63,676 bases of DNA, filler included, from Sphacelaria rigidula (GCA_964200075.2; 4 parts of 4 records of this genome joined end to end with filler, not necessarily neighbours in it); one strand, 5' to 3'. Shown: positions 1-14,476, counted from the whole stretch's first letter. Notes: generated by a model from the letters alone, not told the origin. Translations and numbers: made by a program.

Positions 1-77
1 CACTTATACTAAAACCAAGTAATTTTCAGACGAATCATTATTTGTCCGATCCTTGAGTCAATCAATCAAGCAATCAG

Positions 78-3000
78 CCTTTGGTGTCCTAGGCGAAGTG
101 CGGATTGGCAGAGGTCAAATCGGCGTGAGTGCAGGTGCCGATGCGTGCTGCGAACGTCACTTGCAAGCCGGGCGAGAGCTTGGGACTGTGAGCCCCATAA
201 AGATCCGAATATGATCATCTACACTAGAGTCAATGATCTATTTAGCCATTGTGAGTATTTTCGCCGAACGGGGGTAAAAGCCTACTGGGCACATCTCTGT
301 CACTTCCTGCATTCTCCCTTGCTGTCCTGCCCTCCTTTGTTGGCATTTCTTTTTGTTCTCACTTCTCAAGGTTTATTCCGGTGTTTCTTTTCTTTTTTCA
401 TTCTTTTATTTTCTGTTTTTTATTATTCTCTCCTGTTTTCTTTAGTTGCTCTCCGCTTCACGCGTGGAAAATTCCGCCCTCTTCTGATAATATCTCTCCT
501 GCAGAACTGCATCTCATTGACATATTTTGGTATCGAGGCCTGGATGAGCCCACTCCTGCACCCCGCCTACTCTCATCAATTTATTATTTTTGTTTTTGCT
601 GCTACTTACGTACGTCCCCATGCTCTCTAACGACCGACCTTAAGTTCTGCTCAAGTGATTGATTGATTGAGTGTCGGACATTAACTGATTTCCGAGGGAT
701 ACAGTGGTCATTATCTACAAGATAGACGTACCGAAGGTAAGAAAAACATAGACGCTCGCCAGAGCAAAAACAAAAGTGGGGAAAACGGTGGAACAAACAG
801 GGTAAATTGAAAACAAAAAAAACGAGAAATGGAAAAATAAAATGAGAAAAAAACAAGCAGAACAGGAAAAAGGAAGGAACGGGGAGAAGAAAAAAACTAG
901 AGTGCGAAAAATAAATGAATAAAAATAATAAACGAAGTAAACCTAGAAATGGTCAGCCCCTGCAGCATGGCTTCAGGTGAAGAAGGCCATGCGCAAAGAG
1001 CACATTCACCCGTACACTAATCAAAGTAAAAAGACCGCGGGAGCAGACTGCGGCCCAGCTATTTCGGGCGTACTCTTTGGGCAACAGCTCTCACCCATGA
1101 GCCCTACGGAAGCAAAGCACCGAACTGCGGCTTGCGTACACCGGGAGGAAAAAAGAAACAGCGAGATGGGAGAGAGGAAGACAAAGGAAAAGGAATAACT
1201 GAGGACACTACGAAAGCGATGAAACCCAAGGACACATTACAGTAGAGAGCAACTACAAAAGCACAACCAGGGGATGACGCAAGATCACAGGCCAAGGAAA
1301 AAGCCAACACCCGATGAGAGAAGACAGGGATGGATCAGTTTCCGTGCTAGCCCAGCTCCCCCCATTCATCCCTAGTCTGGTACATACGGGACATTCTCTC
1401 GACCATTTCCATCCTGGATTCCTCACGAGCTATCGTTGTTGTTGCTGTTGTTGCTGTTGTTGTTGTGTCAGCGGTAACGACTCTTTGATTGACGTCTCTC
1501 GATGCAGGAATCTCTCATTTGTGGCGAAGGTCTGATCGGAGATTGTCTCCGCGTCGCCATATCTGGAAGATCGTATCTTTATGTTGGGATTCAAACCCCG
1601 CACCCTTTCACCCTAACTGATTGTTGGTGTGCCATTTTAATTCAGACCAATGGGTTCTCTGTGTAGGTAAAATCGAGATTGGAATTCGTGTTGCTCCGAG
1701 TATTATTGTACGAAATAATGGCATCCGCGGTATGTTTCTGGATGATGACACGCCGATTCGTTCCTCCGCACTACCTCTTCGCTTCGCCATTCTTTTCGAA
1801 GCCACACATTGTTTCCCTCGCCACATCACCCCGAAGCAGATGTGTTCTTCTAATTCATCCTCGAGCGTACAAAGATGTGGTTTGTTCGGGGTACATTCTA
1901 GCTTTCTCTGCGTTTATGCCGTACTCCGTGCTACCTTTCTAAGCATGGCTATCGCGTTTTACTCTCTGTGCGGAAGATTCTTGGTCCACGGGGTATGACA
2001 TGGCTTAGGTACACTCCTCACTTCGCCCCCTCCTCCCCCGAGATACATCTGTGGGTTCGGAAGCAGATATACACCTCAATAAGAACACTGTACTTGTACT
2101 ATTCTCACGCAAGTCTTGCTGCAGTATCGTGGGCCCTGTGTCGGCGCTGTAGTTGTAGAGTCTGGGTCCGTGGATATGTAGCAGTAGTGCGGAGCACACA
2201 CATATTGATGTAGTCCTAGATATATTTAGCCTCTCTCGAGGGACCAGACAGCGTGGAAACTGTTGGTCGTGGGGAATAACCTTTCGTGAATTTTGTTTAG
2301 AGGACCGGGATGACGAAACCCTAGGAATATCGAGATGCCATCTTCACACCGAGGTAGTATATATCCATGCTACTTCCTGATTGATCAGTTGAATGTGCGA
2401 CAGCCAACCAACCAATCGAACGATACATCGATCGACCAATTAACCAAGTCCCATCTGTTACTGTGGCAGATTTCGGCGTGGAACGATCCGGAACGCCTGC
2501 TGATGCTGCCGCCTGTAGCCCTGCTGGCGCTGCACTTTGTGTTGGTTCACCTCCCGGTCAAGCTGCGAAGCGTAGTGAACACGGCGGCGGTAGTACGAGG
2601 AACAATCGAACCTACCGAAGCCGCCGTCGACCGTACCCGACGACATCCGACGGCGTTGAGTGGCGACAACAACAGCAGTAACAGCAGCAGCAGAAACCTC
2701 AGCAACAATCAGGAAGATATTTTAAAAGCGTGGATCCCCGGATCCGGGGAGCAGGATCAGTTGAGCGGAGGGCCACCCGGTGGTGTCCGAGCGGGGCCGG
2801 GGTCAAGCGCGAGCAGTAACGGTGGGCGAGAGGCGACGGGGGAGCGGCATAGGCTGGATGGGGGTGGGAGTGGCGACGGACATCAACCCGGCACTGCTGC
2901 TGCTACGCCTTTCCAGAGGCCGTCGCACGTATTCGATGTTGTGCTGCCCGCCGATCCTGTTTTCGAGTCCGAGGTGCAAATTATCGAAGCGGCGGGGTAT

Positions 3001-6000
3001 ATTTTTTTCGGAAGGGGGGGCGGGGGGAGGGGGGAGTTGCTGCAGAGTAGTTGTGTCGTGATATGTTGTGTGTGTGTGTGTGTGTTTTTTTTTTTTCTTC
3101 GCGTCTGTTTGTTTCTCCGTGCTCTTCTTTATTTATGTTGTTGTGTTGTCGTGTTTCTGTCTGCGTTGTTTCGTTTTGTCACACCCTGAACCGGTCGCCC
3201 CGGTGGCTCAGTTGGTAACTCCGAAACCTTGTGACGGTTGGGTCGTGGGTTCGAATTTCGGGGCAGTCACACGATCTGGGATTTTTTCTCACACAATGCC
3301 CAACGATGGAGAGCGACTATGTCGTGGGTACACAAAATTCGACTGAACGGTCGACAAGGGAGAGGGACTGCTGAACCCCTCTCGCGATAAAAATCATGGG
3401 CAAACGCCGCAGAACGAAGGTGGAAAACTACAACAAATAAAAAGAAAAAACCTCCCGTGTTGGTCTTCTTCCTGTGTGACCCCGGCTGGTGCGCCCACAT
3501 ATATCGAATGGTGTAGACCGGCGTTTAGAACATATGGAATGGCCTCCCTTACACCTCCCTCTGTTCCCGGGGAAGCGTCTGTTGTTTCATGGAAGATGAA
3601 ACCGTGTTTGTCCCCGTGGCGTGCCTTGCCGTTTATTGTTGTCGATAATTGGAAGAATTCACGGTCTCCTTTCCTTGGGCCATGCGGCAGGGGTCTGCTG
3701 GATCTTACCCAATGTTTTTTTCTTGCTTTTCATTGTTTTCTTTCCTTTCCTTTCTTCTTTTCCCTCCTCTTTCTCCTCCTCTTTCTCCTCCTCTTTCTTC
3801 TTTTTTTTTTCTCTTCCTTTTTTTCATTTTTTTTTACTTCAGCCTGCTTTTTTTTGTGTTCTCTCGAGTTACCTTCAACGAGGAAACGTAAGTCTACCGT
3901 GTGACTGACGAACTGCGGCTGCATTCGTCGCGGACGAACCAATGTCTGACGACCGATCAATGAACCAATCAACCCATCGATTAATCAACCAATCAACTAA
4001 TAAATCAACCAGCACTCCCCCAGTCCGTCGGAGACTCATCGCGTTTTTTACTGTATTCGACAAGTCACGTTCTCACGTTGCCAAACGACGACAAAAATTA
4101 AACAAGAGAGGGGAAGAAAGACTCGCACTAATGTTGAAATTCCAAGCCATAACATCCGCCCTCCAAAACCCGTGTTATTTCCAAGTATCACGTTGGTCGA
4201 CCAACGGGCGCGGCAGCAGGCAATGTGGTGATTGTACTGCGCTGCCGCAGCCGAGTGGGCTCTGTCGGCCGCATGAACCTCGGGGAGTTCCTGGCCTCGG
4301 CATCGTAGATTTCACGCGTCGGACAGATCATGATCCGTCTGAAAATGACTCATTTTTAGTATACTGATCCGGATCATGATCTATTCTATAAAGATCATTT
4401 GGCCCCCCTTTCCCATGTTTGCTCCTCACAGCGCCGGACGCTGAGCACGCTGAATGGTGCAAAGGTTGCGCATTGGCTATTCTGACTCCGCGGTCACATA
4501 TTTTGTGTTTTTGGACGAACGGACTCGAGAGTCTTCTTTGGTTAGTTGTTGTAGACAGATCATGATATGTCCGACGTGTGGTAGGTTTGCAAGGAGTGAC
4601 CCATGTGGTGGGTCTTGAGGGGGGTGATCCGGCTGGATCCCGTGGAGATCAGTTGATGTGCGACAATCAATGAAAATCGTCAATCGATCCATGCTGTAGG
4701 CTTGCGGAGATAATGATCACCCGTGGAGCCTGGGGTGGTCACTTCTGTCCTTTATTTTTTGCACCTCGATGTTTTGTAAACGGCCATAAAGATCCTACAT
4801 TGCCGCAAGGTCCCGTGCTTGTGTTTGGATAGATATAGACGATCAACCTCCCAAGCGGAACGACGTTTATCGTGTCACCAATAATGGCAGCTCCTCAGCC
4901 CTGGGAAGAAAAAAAAGCAGTGCCTGTTTTTGTTTTGCAGCTCTGGGGGGGTGTTATCCACCGTACGTATTCTACGGTACCGACCCGAAAGTCTTGCTGA
5001 TCCGAAATTCGTGTATTCTACCATTGCCCCACAGGCCAGCTGCGGTTCTCAAGGAAATGAGAATAATGACCAATGACAACGCGATGCATCGGAGATCCTC
5101 CGGCGCCTGTACATACATGACAGTTTGCAAAAGGCCATGCAACGATGACGTGGCGAAAGTCGACAGACCAGTTGCCTGTACGAACGTGACAATATGCCTG
5201 AGGTCGTGCACCAAAATCATCCAGAAGAGGGTGTATATGTGCTGCCTGGTGTGTGTTTGCGATGGTGTGCATGTGCGGAGTTTTTTTCCCGATGGTCACA
5301 CACATCTTTATATCCGGTCGCCCCGACCCGCAGTACGCTGTGTATACTGTAGTACTGGCCCGCCTGCAGAGCATGTGATTTGGGTCGCGAAGGTTCGCAC
5401 AAGAGGCACCAACGCCCAATTCCTAGCGCATTCCCACCAAAAGATACGGACAACTCTTCCTTATTTTCCAAAATGACGGGAAATGCCTGTGTTACAGCTG
5501 ATGGCTATTTCAAAAATGTACAGTAGCGACCCGCCGGTTGAGAGCGCTCCTAGTGGGAACGGGACTCAAAATCTCATGTTTTGTGCCTCGCGCAAAATAA
5601 GAATTATCTTATTTTCAAATATACCAAAAATTGCATGGGCTCGGGAATTTAGCCGAATTTTCCTCTGCCCGGATTGCGTATTCATCGAAAGAAAACGAGT
5701 TTCGAATTTCTCCATCGTGTAGGCGCTCAGTTGCCGTACCCCTGCCCGATGGTCCCGCGAGGTTTTGGAGGATGGCTGCTGTAGGCGTAAATGGCTGCCA
5801 GTTAGTTGTTCGGGTGAGCGCTACTAGGTACTCGAATATCTGGCGGTATTTTGAAATGTTTTTCGACCAATCAAAGAAAAATTGCGACAATCTAGCTAGC
5901 TACGTAGGCCCATTTATGGTTTTTAGCGGGCGGGTTGGGGGTTGCTATCTATATTTTGTTTTGTTTTGTTTTCGTTCTCATTATGCATCATCAGCAATCT

Positions 6001-7731
6001 CAGCTGTGCCTAACTACCGAAGGGGGATTGTCATGTCAGTATGATGGCATCATCCGACTCACCCGCATGCATGTCGTGCTACATGCGCCGGTGGCGTGAT
6101 CAGCGCTGATGATGATCTCCAAGCGTCAGCGTTTGCAGTGCTTATCGTGGCCATGCACCAGTTTCTGCAAACACACCTCGTGCGTGGCATCGCACAATGA
6201 AGGAACACCCTGGTGGGCCTCGGGCGCCTCTGTTTATATGTAGGCGTTTTCTCTCCCACCGAAATCAATTATTAAGTCTGATTCCTCCCCAAAACAGGCG
6301 GTTGTCTGGTGATGCCTTGGCCGCTGAAAAAAGAGGTAAATACGGAAATTATCTGCGGCGGGCCGCTGCTGCACGCATATTTTAATTTGTCGGGAAGCGC
6401 TTGTACTCGTAGCTACTGATGTATATGTCTAATAGTAAACGTTCGGATATCTTTCACGTGTATGTATGGAAATATTTAGTTCGGGGCGTGTTTTTTCGCA
6501 TGTTGATGAGAATAAATACCTTTTGTACAACAGCTCAATATTATAGTCATAAATGCATGCATTTGGCCTTGTCTTCTATTTTTTTTTTTTTCCAATATCA
6601 ACAACAAGTATAAAAAAAATCGTGAAAAGATTCTTCAGTTTGTTGTTCTGCAATTTGATGGTACATCAGTATTTTGTGACTTCGTCCGGGACCCCAATGT
6701 ACCGATGTCAACTGGCACTAGGGAGCATGTTCTCCAACGTACATGTGCCGAAATCTGAGCGCGAGATGTTCGGTTATGGAACTTCATATTTATGCTTTCA
6801 AGTGGCAGTTTGCATCAGTCCATCGGGGTCCGGGAAGATGAGTTCACTGAAGTAGAGGCCGTATTGTGGTCCCTTCTATGTGGTGGTTCCCACAGTATAC
6901 GAGAATTAAAGTAGTCACAATTGAATACGCAGTATACGTGTTCGCAGGCACTCGATATCATGTATCTAGTTACTATTTGAACAACGTACGCATATCACTT
7001 TCAACTGCAAGTGCTCTTGTTAGTACCTGGTCATTATTACCGCAGGAAAACTTGAATATTTGTCTTTCAGTGTACATATTTTTGAAGTTGACCGGAAATG
7101 ATTCTTTTTCTGTGCGTACCTGGTTGGCATAAACAAAAACATGCACGTACTACTCGTACAGAAAAAAAAAAAACTTGTACCTTCATCTGTTATTTGAATT
7201 AAAAAATCGCTCCCCCTGCTCTTCCTGGGTACCACGTACGATAAATAACGCTTCGACTCAGCATCTCACATGTTTCAACATCCCCTCACGCTGTTTGCAA
7301 TATCTGGGTACACACAACAGCTGCAGAGACAAAAATCGAGTTGCTCTGTGTACCTAGGGCGCATGTGCTTGCCGTACGTAAGGCGCCTGATTTCCGGTCT
7401 CCAGGTTCGGGTAGGGAAAAACCCTGCGATAGATGAAAACACCGAACTAAAATGACGGCCATCATTTACTGCAAATATTACGTTACCCTGAGGGGTGGTC
7501 GGTGAGATGTTGGCCGTGAACGATTGTATTGACGGTGTGTTTGCTTCTCTATGTTTCTGACTGTACACATGCAGGCGGCGGAAGGCGGCTCTATGGTGGC
7601 GTACCACGGCTCCAGCCCAGAAAATTTTCACTCCATACTCAATAATGGACTGAGAGTAATGAGCGATACAAGGCTTATGAAAAATGGATCGGCCTTCGGC
7701 ACCGGCATGTGAGTGACAAGACATGACAGGA

Positions 7732-7770
<39 letters not shown>

Positions 7771-7793
7771 ATTGCTTTTATTATTACTATTGC

Positions 7794-7873
<80 letters not shown>

Positions 7874-9826
7874 TCTGTACATTAGCCCGATCTCTCGAAC
7901 CCGTGGTCGCAGGCGTAGGTCCGCTTTTCCAGAACCACCACTACTCCTACTTGTCCCCACGTGGGATAGAAGCGCTTGTTGAATATTTCGCGTACTTTAG
8001 ACCTACTTGCCCACGTTTCATACTGTATATGGGTACAGAAAGCTTTCTTTTTTCATTCCTTTTCTTCAAGATTGTTGTTGTTGTTGTTGTTGTTGCTGTT
8101 TTCACATTAAAAACCGTTCCGATATCTGCGCGGTACATTCGTACGGGGCATCTGATGCGGACGCCTTCCGCGGTCACCGGCTAGCTACCTCTAATAAGGT
8201 TTGAGGAAATCAAACAAAACAAAAAAGCAAGACAGACCTAGATTAAAACTCACGAAGCGCGATACAAGCAAAACAGGGATGAATAGTAAAGAAGGAAGAG
8301 AATACATATGGATAACCTCAGAAGATCCTGTGCCGCAGGTAGCCATTCGGGCTCCAGGGGGTAGCCCCGGCTTTCCAACTCGACGCACGACGCCAAGTAG
8401 AAATTAACAGTGGAACCAGCTCGTCCCCAACGTGCTTTTGTCGAAATCGGCGCCTGCGGCGTCGGTTTGAGGTCTGCCAACCCACACTTTGCCTAGGACA
8501 ACCTATGCACCCCCCTTGCCCGAGGGTCTCGTACGCCTTGGGTCGGGGTTAGGGTTAGGGTCAGGGTTAGCGTTATTGTTAGTTTGTTCGAAAACATCAA
8601 CCATATGTATACGACCAAAACTTTAGGTCGCCTCAAAATATAACGGCATGAGCGTCAAGTGAAGTGGGAAAGGGTTTCTTAATAATAAGACACACGCATT
8701 CATCACACTTGACACCATGTTCACCCAAATACAAACGCACCGCTAGTCGTGAGGTCGTCTGACACGCCTTTGAGCTACTGTTCTTCCTGGAATCACCCCC
8801 CCCCCCTATCGTAGCATTACTCCCCACTTTTCTTCATCATTATATACACACTTTTTGCCGCATCCCAAAACGTCAGTACGACAGTTTGGGCCGTTCATTT
8901 TATCCACGGTTGATATTACTTGATTTGAGCTTGAACACCGAGGTTTTTAGATATATTCAAGTGTGGAGCTAGCAATCCAATGTGCTCCCTGCGGTGGGGT
9001 ACGCAGGACGCTCCTTTTTTATTAATGCCAACGTACACTTTGCCTAGATCACCCTTCAACCCCCCCCCTTGCCCGAGGGTACTCATTATGTATGCATTGG
9101 GTTGGGGTAGGGTTTATCATCGTCATTTTTAAAATGTGCCGATCATGGATGTAATGGCCCCCAAGTGGGTCAACCCTACCTCAAAACGTCGACACTTTCG
9201 TTCAGTCACTTCATGCCCCCCCCCTATTGAAGAAAAAAAATGGAAGGATCATCCACAAGTAGTTTACTGTATGTACTATACACATGAAAAGTAATTTAAA
9301 GTTTTCGGGGGAAAAAATCTCGTTTCCCATACGTTAGTATGTACCATACATATGGAAAGTAATTTGAAGTTTTCGGGAAAAAAAACTCGTTTCCCATACG
9401 TTAGAAGAAGCAGTCGTCTCTCTTTTTTTCTTTGCCTTGTCTTTCCTTGTTTGGCCACTTTTTTGCCTCGTGCGTGTGTGCGTGTATGTGTGTGTGTGCG
9501 TGCGTGCGTGCGTGTGTATGTCTTGACCTTACGGAGTCATTGCCGTTGCTTTTGCTGCCGCTTCTTCGACTGGCACTCATCCCCACAAACACAACGCACG
9601 ACGCATGACTGCAGCTACCTCTCGACGAGCCACGATGTCGCGGCCAGTTTCGCTGCACGGGGCGATGGGAGCGGCACCACTGTATGGGGGCGCAGCAGTT
9701 TCGGAGATTCCAAGAAGCCCACCTCTTCCTGCTCCCCGACTGCCGCCGGTGTTGCTGCCGCCCCGCAGGGGTTTGGTCATCGGCTAGTGGCCAAGTGCCG
9801 TGTCTTGGTAAAGGATGGTGTCAAGG

Positions 9827-9828
<2 letters not shown>
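78..9828 (+). CDS. PARP16/PARP6/8-like mono-ADP-ribosyltransferase, spliced and partial. Exons: 78-124 (tentative), 2470-2973, 7575-7708, 9615-9828
   Basis: AG/GT-bounded exons join in frame (phases 0, 0, 2) to give ...PSHVFDVVLPADPVFESE|AAEGGSMVAYHGSSPENFHSILNNGLRVMSDTRLMKNGSAFGTGI|YLSTSHDVAASF...VWGRSSFG...RLVAKCRVL. This contains the PARP HGS, NFHSIL..GL and FG.GIYL signatures. The 5' and 3' ends are unresolved. Confidence 0.85.
3191..3523 (+). mobile_element. tRNA-derived SINE (~330 bp) in a PARP intron
   Basis: Head has A-box TGGCTCAGTTGG and B-box GGTTCGAAT. The whole body aligns by eye with 60999-61314. Confidence 0.75.
7575..7708 (+). CDS. PARP catalytic-core exon (YHGS...FGTGI)
   Basis: tgcag|GCG...GGCAT|gtgagt, 134 nt, translating AAEGGSMVAYHGSSPENFHSILNNGLRVMSDTRLMKNGSAFGTGI. 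Absent from the ORF track. Confidence 0.9.
7733..7872. repeat. Compound (GTT)n/(TAT)n microsatellite, probably a retroposon tail
   Basis: Visible trinucleotide runs abutting ACATTAGCCCGATCTCTCGAACCCGTGGTC, a close variant of which also flanks the 11.7-12.3 kb microsatellite. Confidence 0.9.
8405..8572 (+). repeat. Dispersed repeat ending in telomere-like (TTAGGG) units; relatives at ~9035-9115 and ~53511-53682
   Basis: Shared core CACACTTT...CCCCCTTGCCCGAGGGT...GGGT, with GGGTTAGGGTTAGGGTCAGGGTTAG at 8546-8570. Confidence 0.65.
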
Positions 9829-9863
<35 letters not shown>

Positions 9864-11700
9864 GTATGCTGTGTTCGTTATTGAAGAATGAATGACTCCC
9901 GCTTATGTGAAAATGAAGAAATTGATGGTTCTTCTGCAGTCGATGGTTTTAAACGATTGCTGCTGCTGCTGCTGCCGCTGCCGCTGTTGTTGTTAGTGTT
10001 GCTATTATTATCACTACTATAATACTACTATTATTATCATCATCATCTGCTTTACATTAATAGCGGAAATGTCTCTCCGCCCCATACTCTTAACCGCAGC
10101 AGACTGAAGCCTTTTTGCACACTCAATCCAAGTCAATTTTTCATGTATTTTGGAATGTTTCATTCCAATTCGCTCTGACTGTAGTAGGAACAAAGTGACT
10201 GTCAACCACTCTGTATGGGAACAGCGAGAAATTACCAAACCTCTCGATGGTCCAGTTGCTTCTATTTAGAACAAATATTGAAAAGCCCGTTCTCCCAGAG
10301 AAGTCACCCCCAGGCTGGCTCATCCATTGCATTTCCTATATCGATCCATTTTACAGGCGGTTGCAGGACCCCACCTACCCTGTTTCTGTTCCGCTCACCT
10401 CTAAGATACCATTCATCATGCCCTAGCGATATGTTTCGAAGCACAAGTGCCAAAACGGGTCTGATCAATAGCGTGCAAAATACTGCTCCGAGTATCAACC
10501 GATCGGGGTTCCAAAGGCCCGTTCTTACCTCAATTTTGAGAGTTGGGCTTTCAAATCTGGTATGGAGAATCAGCTAGGCATAATGAGAATAGTCTATATT
10601 CTTTTGCATAAATTGAGGTTGAAAATCAATTTCCAGTTTTCACTTGAATGTCCGCGAGTCATGAAGGAAAAAACACATCTGCTCTGTCCATTCACCAACT
10701 CTCGAAATTGAGGTGGTGATGGACCTGCAAAGTATAGATCCGCTCCTACGCTGGCCCAGCTCGTATGTCGTCGGCAACTTCCACAGACCACACCAAATGA
10801 CTTTATGAGCTAAATTTTCGGAACTTTGATTCGAAATTGATTATGGAGCGTCGCAGCGACATATTGATAATAGAAGTGTGCCTTTTTTTTTCGTTCATCG
10901 GCGATGTTTTTGCCAAACAAAATGGTACATACACTAACACGTCCTCAACTCATGAAAAAATAATTAAGGAATGACGCGTGCCATTTTTGTGAGCATCATG
11001 TGCTAGCGATCTCCCACACAAAATTTCAAAGTACAATCACCAAAATGTGGGTTGGTAATGACCCACAAAATTTTGTTCCGAATTTCGACCGGCCAAACTC
11101 CTAAATCTCAATTTTGAGGGTCGGACTGAGTCGTAAATTTCAAACTTCTTAAAGAGAATCGCTAGGGCATAATAATGAGAGAAAAAATGGGACCAAGAAG
11201 TATTTTTTTCATGAGTTACGGATATTTTACTGAAATCTGGACGGTCCTGCAACCTACAGATCCGCTCCTACGCTGGCCCAGCTCGTAGAACCCGTCTACT
11301 GTACCCTCGCGGCCAAGGGATCAAGTGACTGCAGTATTCGAATGTTGGTACTATAACACCGGTTATTACAGTGCAATGGAGGGAAAGTAGTTACTATTAC
11401 GTAACGAGTATGGATAGCATAATGCCATGCCCTCGATATCAATTAACGCTTTTGCGCTGCACTACCTCATTAAACGGCGCCTAAACCTTTTTGTAGTCGG
11501 GGGCGAAGAATTTTTTTTCTGCTGCAGCAAAGGGGAGGTGAGGTCTGAGCCCGATCGGCTTATACCAATAAGTGATGCTTAATATAAGGGTCATTTTAGG
11601 CTTCTCGCCATGTTGTTCAGAGCCTCCACGTATGTGAGATCCGTGCCGTTGATACCTGCGGCACTGCTGCCACGCGCGTCAGCCGTTGATCACCACTGGT

Positions 11701-11865
11701 GTTATTTGTTGTTATGATGATTATTATGACGATTACTATCATTATTATTATGATTATTATTATGGTGATGAGGATGATGATGATGATGATTATTACTATT
11801 ACTACTATTATTACTACTAGTATTATTACCATTATTATTATTATTACTATTATTATTATTATTAC

Positions 11866-11904
<39 letters not shown>

Positions 11905-12139
11905 GATTATTATGATAATGATAATGATTATTATGATTATGATAATGATGATTATTATTATTGTTATTATGATAATGATAATGATTATTATTATTATTAT
12001 TATGATTATTATGATTATTATGATAATGATAATGATTATTATGATTATGATAATGATGATTATTATTATTGTTATTATGATAATGATAATGATTATGATA
12101 ATGATTATGATAATGATTATCATTATCATTATGATTATC

Positions 12140-12174
<35 letters not shown>

Positions 12175-12324
12175 GAGTATTATTATATGAGTATTATTAT
12201 GATTATGATTATTATGATGATTATTATGATTATGATTATTATGATTATGATGATTGTTATGAGTATTATGATTATGATGATTATTATGATGATTATTATT
12301 ATTATGATTATGATTATTATTACT
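11701..12324. repeat. ~620-bp compound (ATT/ATG/ATC)n microsatellite
   Basis: Directly visible. It produces the spurious poly-Ile/Met ORFs. Confidence 0.95.
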
Positions 12325-12809
12325 ACACATTAGTCCGATCTCGCGAACCCGTGGTCACAGACGTAGGCTTGCCTTTCCAATACCATCCTTTCTATTCCTT
12401 ACCAGACACATTACCAACATGAAGAAAAAATAAGACGAGAGACGCCACGAAAACCGGTTAGAAGTAACTACGAAGTAAAATATTTCCAAAATGAAGATAA
12501 GAGAGACGCCAGGAGACGCCAAGAAGAACATGAGAAGTAGCTTCCCCTAGTTCAAAGGGGTGAAAGGAAAAAACGAACAAACGAACAAACTTCAGAGCTG
12601 CTAATAAAAGCACACCGACAGAAAAGGCAAACAAGAGAAAATACAAGAAAAGACAGATGACACAAGGTCATTAGCATGGCCACCGAGCGAGGAGCAATTC
12701 AAAATCAACCTCAGGCACCCTCATAGACAACCACCACAGCTGTTTGGAAAGATCGCGGATGTACTATAATAGTGAGTGTACTACTCGATGGACGACTGGT
12801 GGTTACTTT

Positions 12810-13491
12810 TTGGAGGTCTCGGGACCATTCGGACACATCTCGGGCAACTTGCGTCCAGGATGTCGCATTTATTCTGCTGATATTTCCGCCAAGGTCGAGG
12901 AACGACTCAACTTGATTGTACCTTTGGCCCGCTGCCTCAATCTCGATCGTATCCGCCTCCATGCTCGGGGAGGGCATGCGCATGGTGGCCGTCTTCTTTT
13001 CCGCCACGATGAGACCGAATGCCGCACATACTTCGACGACGGCCGTCGTCATCTTTGCCGGGCCTAACCGGAACCGTGAGGCGATGCCAGCATCGTCGGC
13101 GTATAGAATAGCCCACAGCACTTTGCCGAGTTCGTCCCTGGTCTTTCCCCCCCTTTCAGCGATGCGGATGAAGTCCTGCGCCACCGCTTTACTGATCGAG
13201 AAGCGGTCAAACGTTACCGTCGATCAGCACCACCGCGAAAAAGATACCAGATCAGGGGAAAGCACACAACCTTGGCGTAGGCCCTGGTTGGCGTTAGGGG
13301 CTCATAAAATCAGAAGTGCCCAAACTTATGAGACAGAGGAAGTATGCATTTCGGAGGTCGATGAAGCACATGTACAGAGGAAGATTCTTCTCTCTCGCCA
13401 GTTCTTGGAGCCTGCGCACAACGAACATCATGTCGACTGTGGACCGGCCCGGTCGGAAACCGCACTGTGCTTCTGCGAGGATTGCCCGCAA
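12810..13491 (-). mobile_element. Decayed non-LTR (LINE, RTE-like) reverse transcriptase fragment
   Basis: Minus-strand peptides EAQCGFRPGRSTVDMMFVVRRLQE...MCFIDL, QGLRQGCVL, LYADD, FGLIVAEKKT and LGGNIS, plus the C-terminal WTQVARDVSEW motif. Frameshifts and internal deletions are present. Confidence 0.9.
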
Positions 13492-14365
13492 TAACAGGAT
13501 TTGGGCAAATTGGAGTCAATACCTGTCGTTTCCCGATTTCGAGTCCCCTGATCTGCGTGTAGATCCGTTTTGTGACTGTCATACACACTACACACAATAC
13601 GATATGTGTACGGTCTTTAAACCGAGAGGGTCATCTGTATCATCCACACTTTTACAGGTGAAAATGATGCCGATTCAACAGATGACCTACTCTCGCCGTC
13701 TAGGGGTCAAATCATAAAACATTTGCATTGGTGGAGGTATCCTCTTCTGTAAATATTGGACCCCAAGGACTCCTCTCGCAGCTAAATGTTTGCCAGGCTT
13801 GTGAAGATGATTGACATGAATCTCACGAATCGCACACACCACGCGTCACCATCCCACAAACGTCCAATCTGAAAACCATCAAAAGTGGGCACTGTGGGGT
13901 GGGGGTGAGAAGGTTCATCTATAATACTGGTACACCAGGGTACCCCATATTCTGCGGGGACACTAGAAACTACAACTGTTCGCGCTTATTGTTCTGAATG
14001 TTTGCTTCCAAACCATTGTACTGGGGCACCTTTTCTCTCTCTTTTCTTATACAGCCAGATACAGCAATAATTAAATAACGGAAAAGCCTCTCCACATCAT
14101 TCAGCGTTCACTTTCGGCCAACACCAGGCGCCAGAATAAGCCGCGTACTGCAAGCTGCATACCCCAATCCCCTCATACAGGCCGTATCGTCGAGTGGTAG
14201 AGTAGCATTTCCCTCGCCTTGTAGTGTGGGGCAGAGAGTGCATCGGTGGGTGACCTTTCAAGGGGCAGGCGACCTAAACAGCAGGATGTATAGCAGTAAC
14301 CATGGAGGGACAAACAACGAGGCGCGGGACAGGGAAGCAGGTACGTACCGTATCTGAAGTGAGAC

Positions 14366-14476
<111 letters not shown>

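Noticed and set aside
3197-3265. Functional tRNA gene
   Set aside because: A and B boxes are present but the T-arm and anticodon stems do not pair, and the sequence continues into a body shared with 60999-61314, so it is a SINE head.
4186-4308. Terminal exon (YHVGRPTG...LASAS*) for the contig-1 gene
   Set aside because: In phase, but it has a weak AAG acceptor and would stop the protein before the clear PARP catalytic exons at 7575 and 9615.
11617-12330. Poly-Ile/Met/His ORFs (also the poly-Tyr/Leu and CV/HT ORFs at 7.7 and 14.4 kb)
   Set aside because: Translations of microsatellites.
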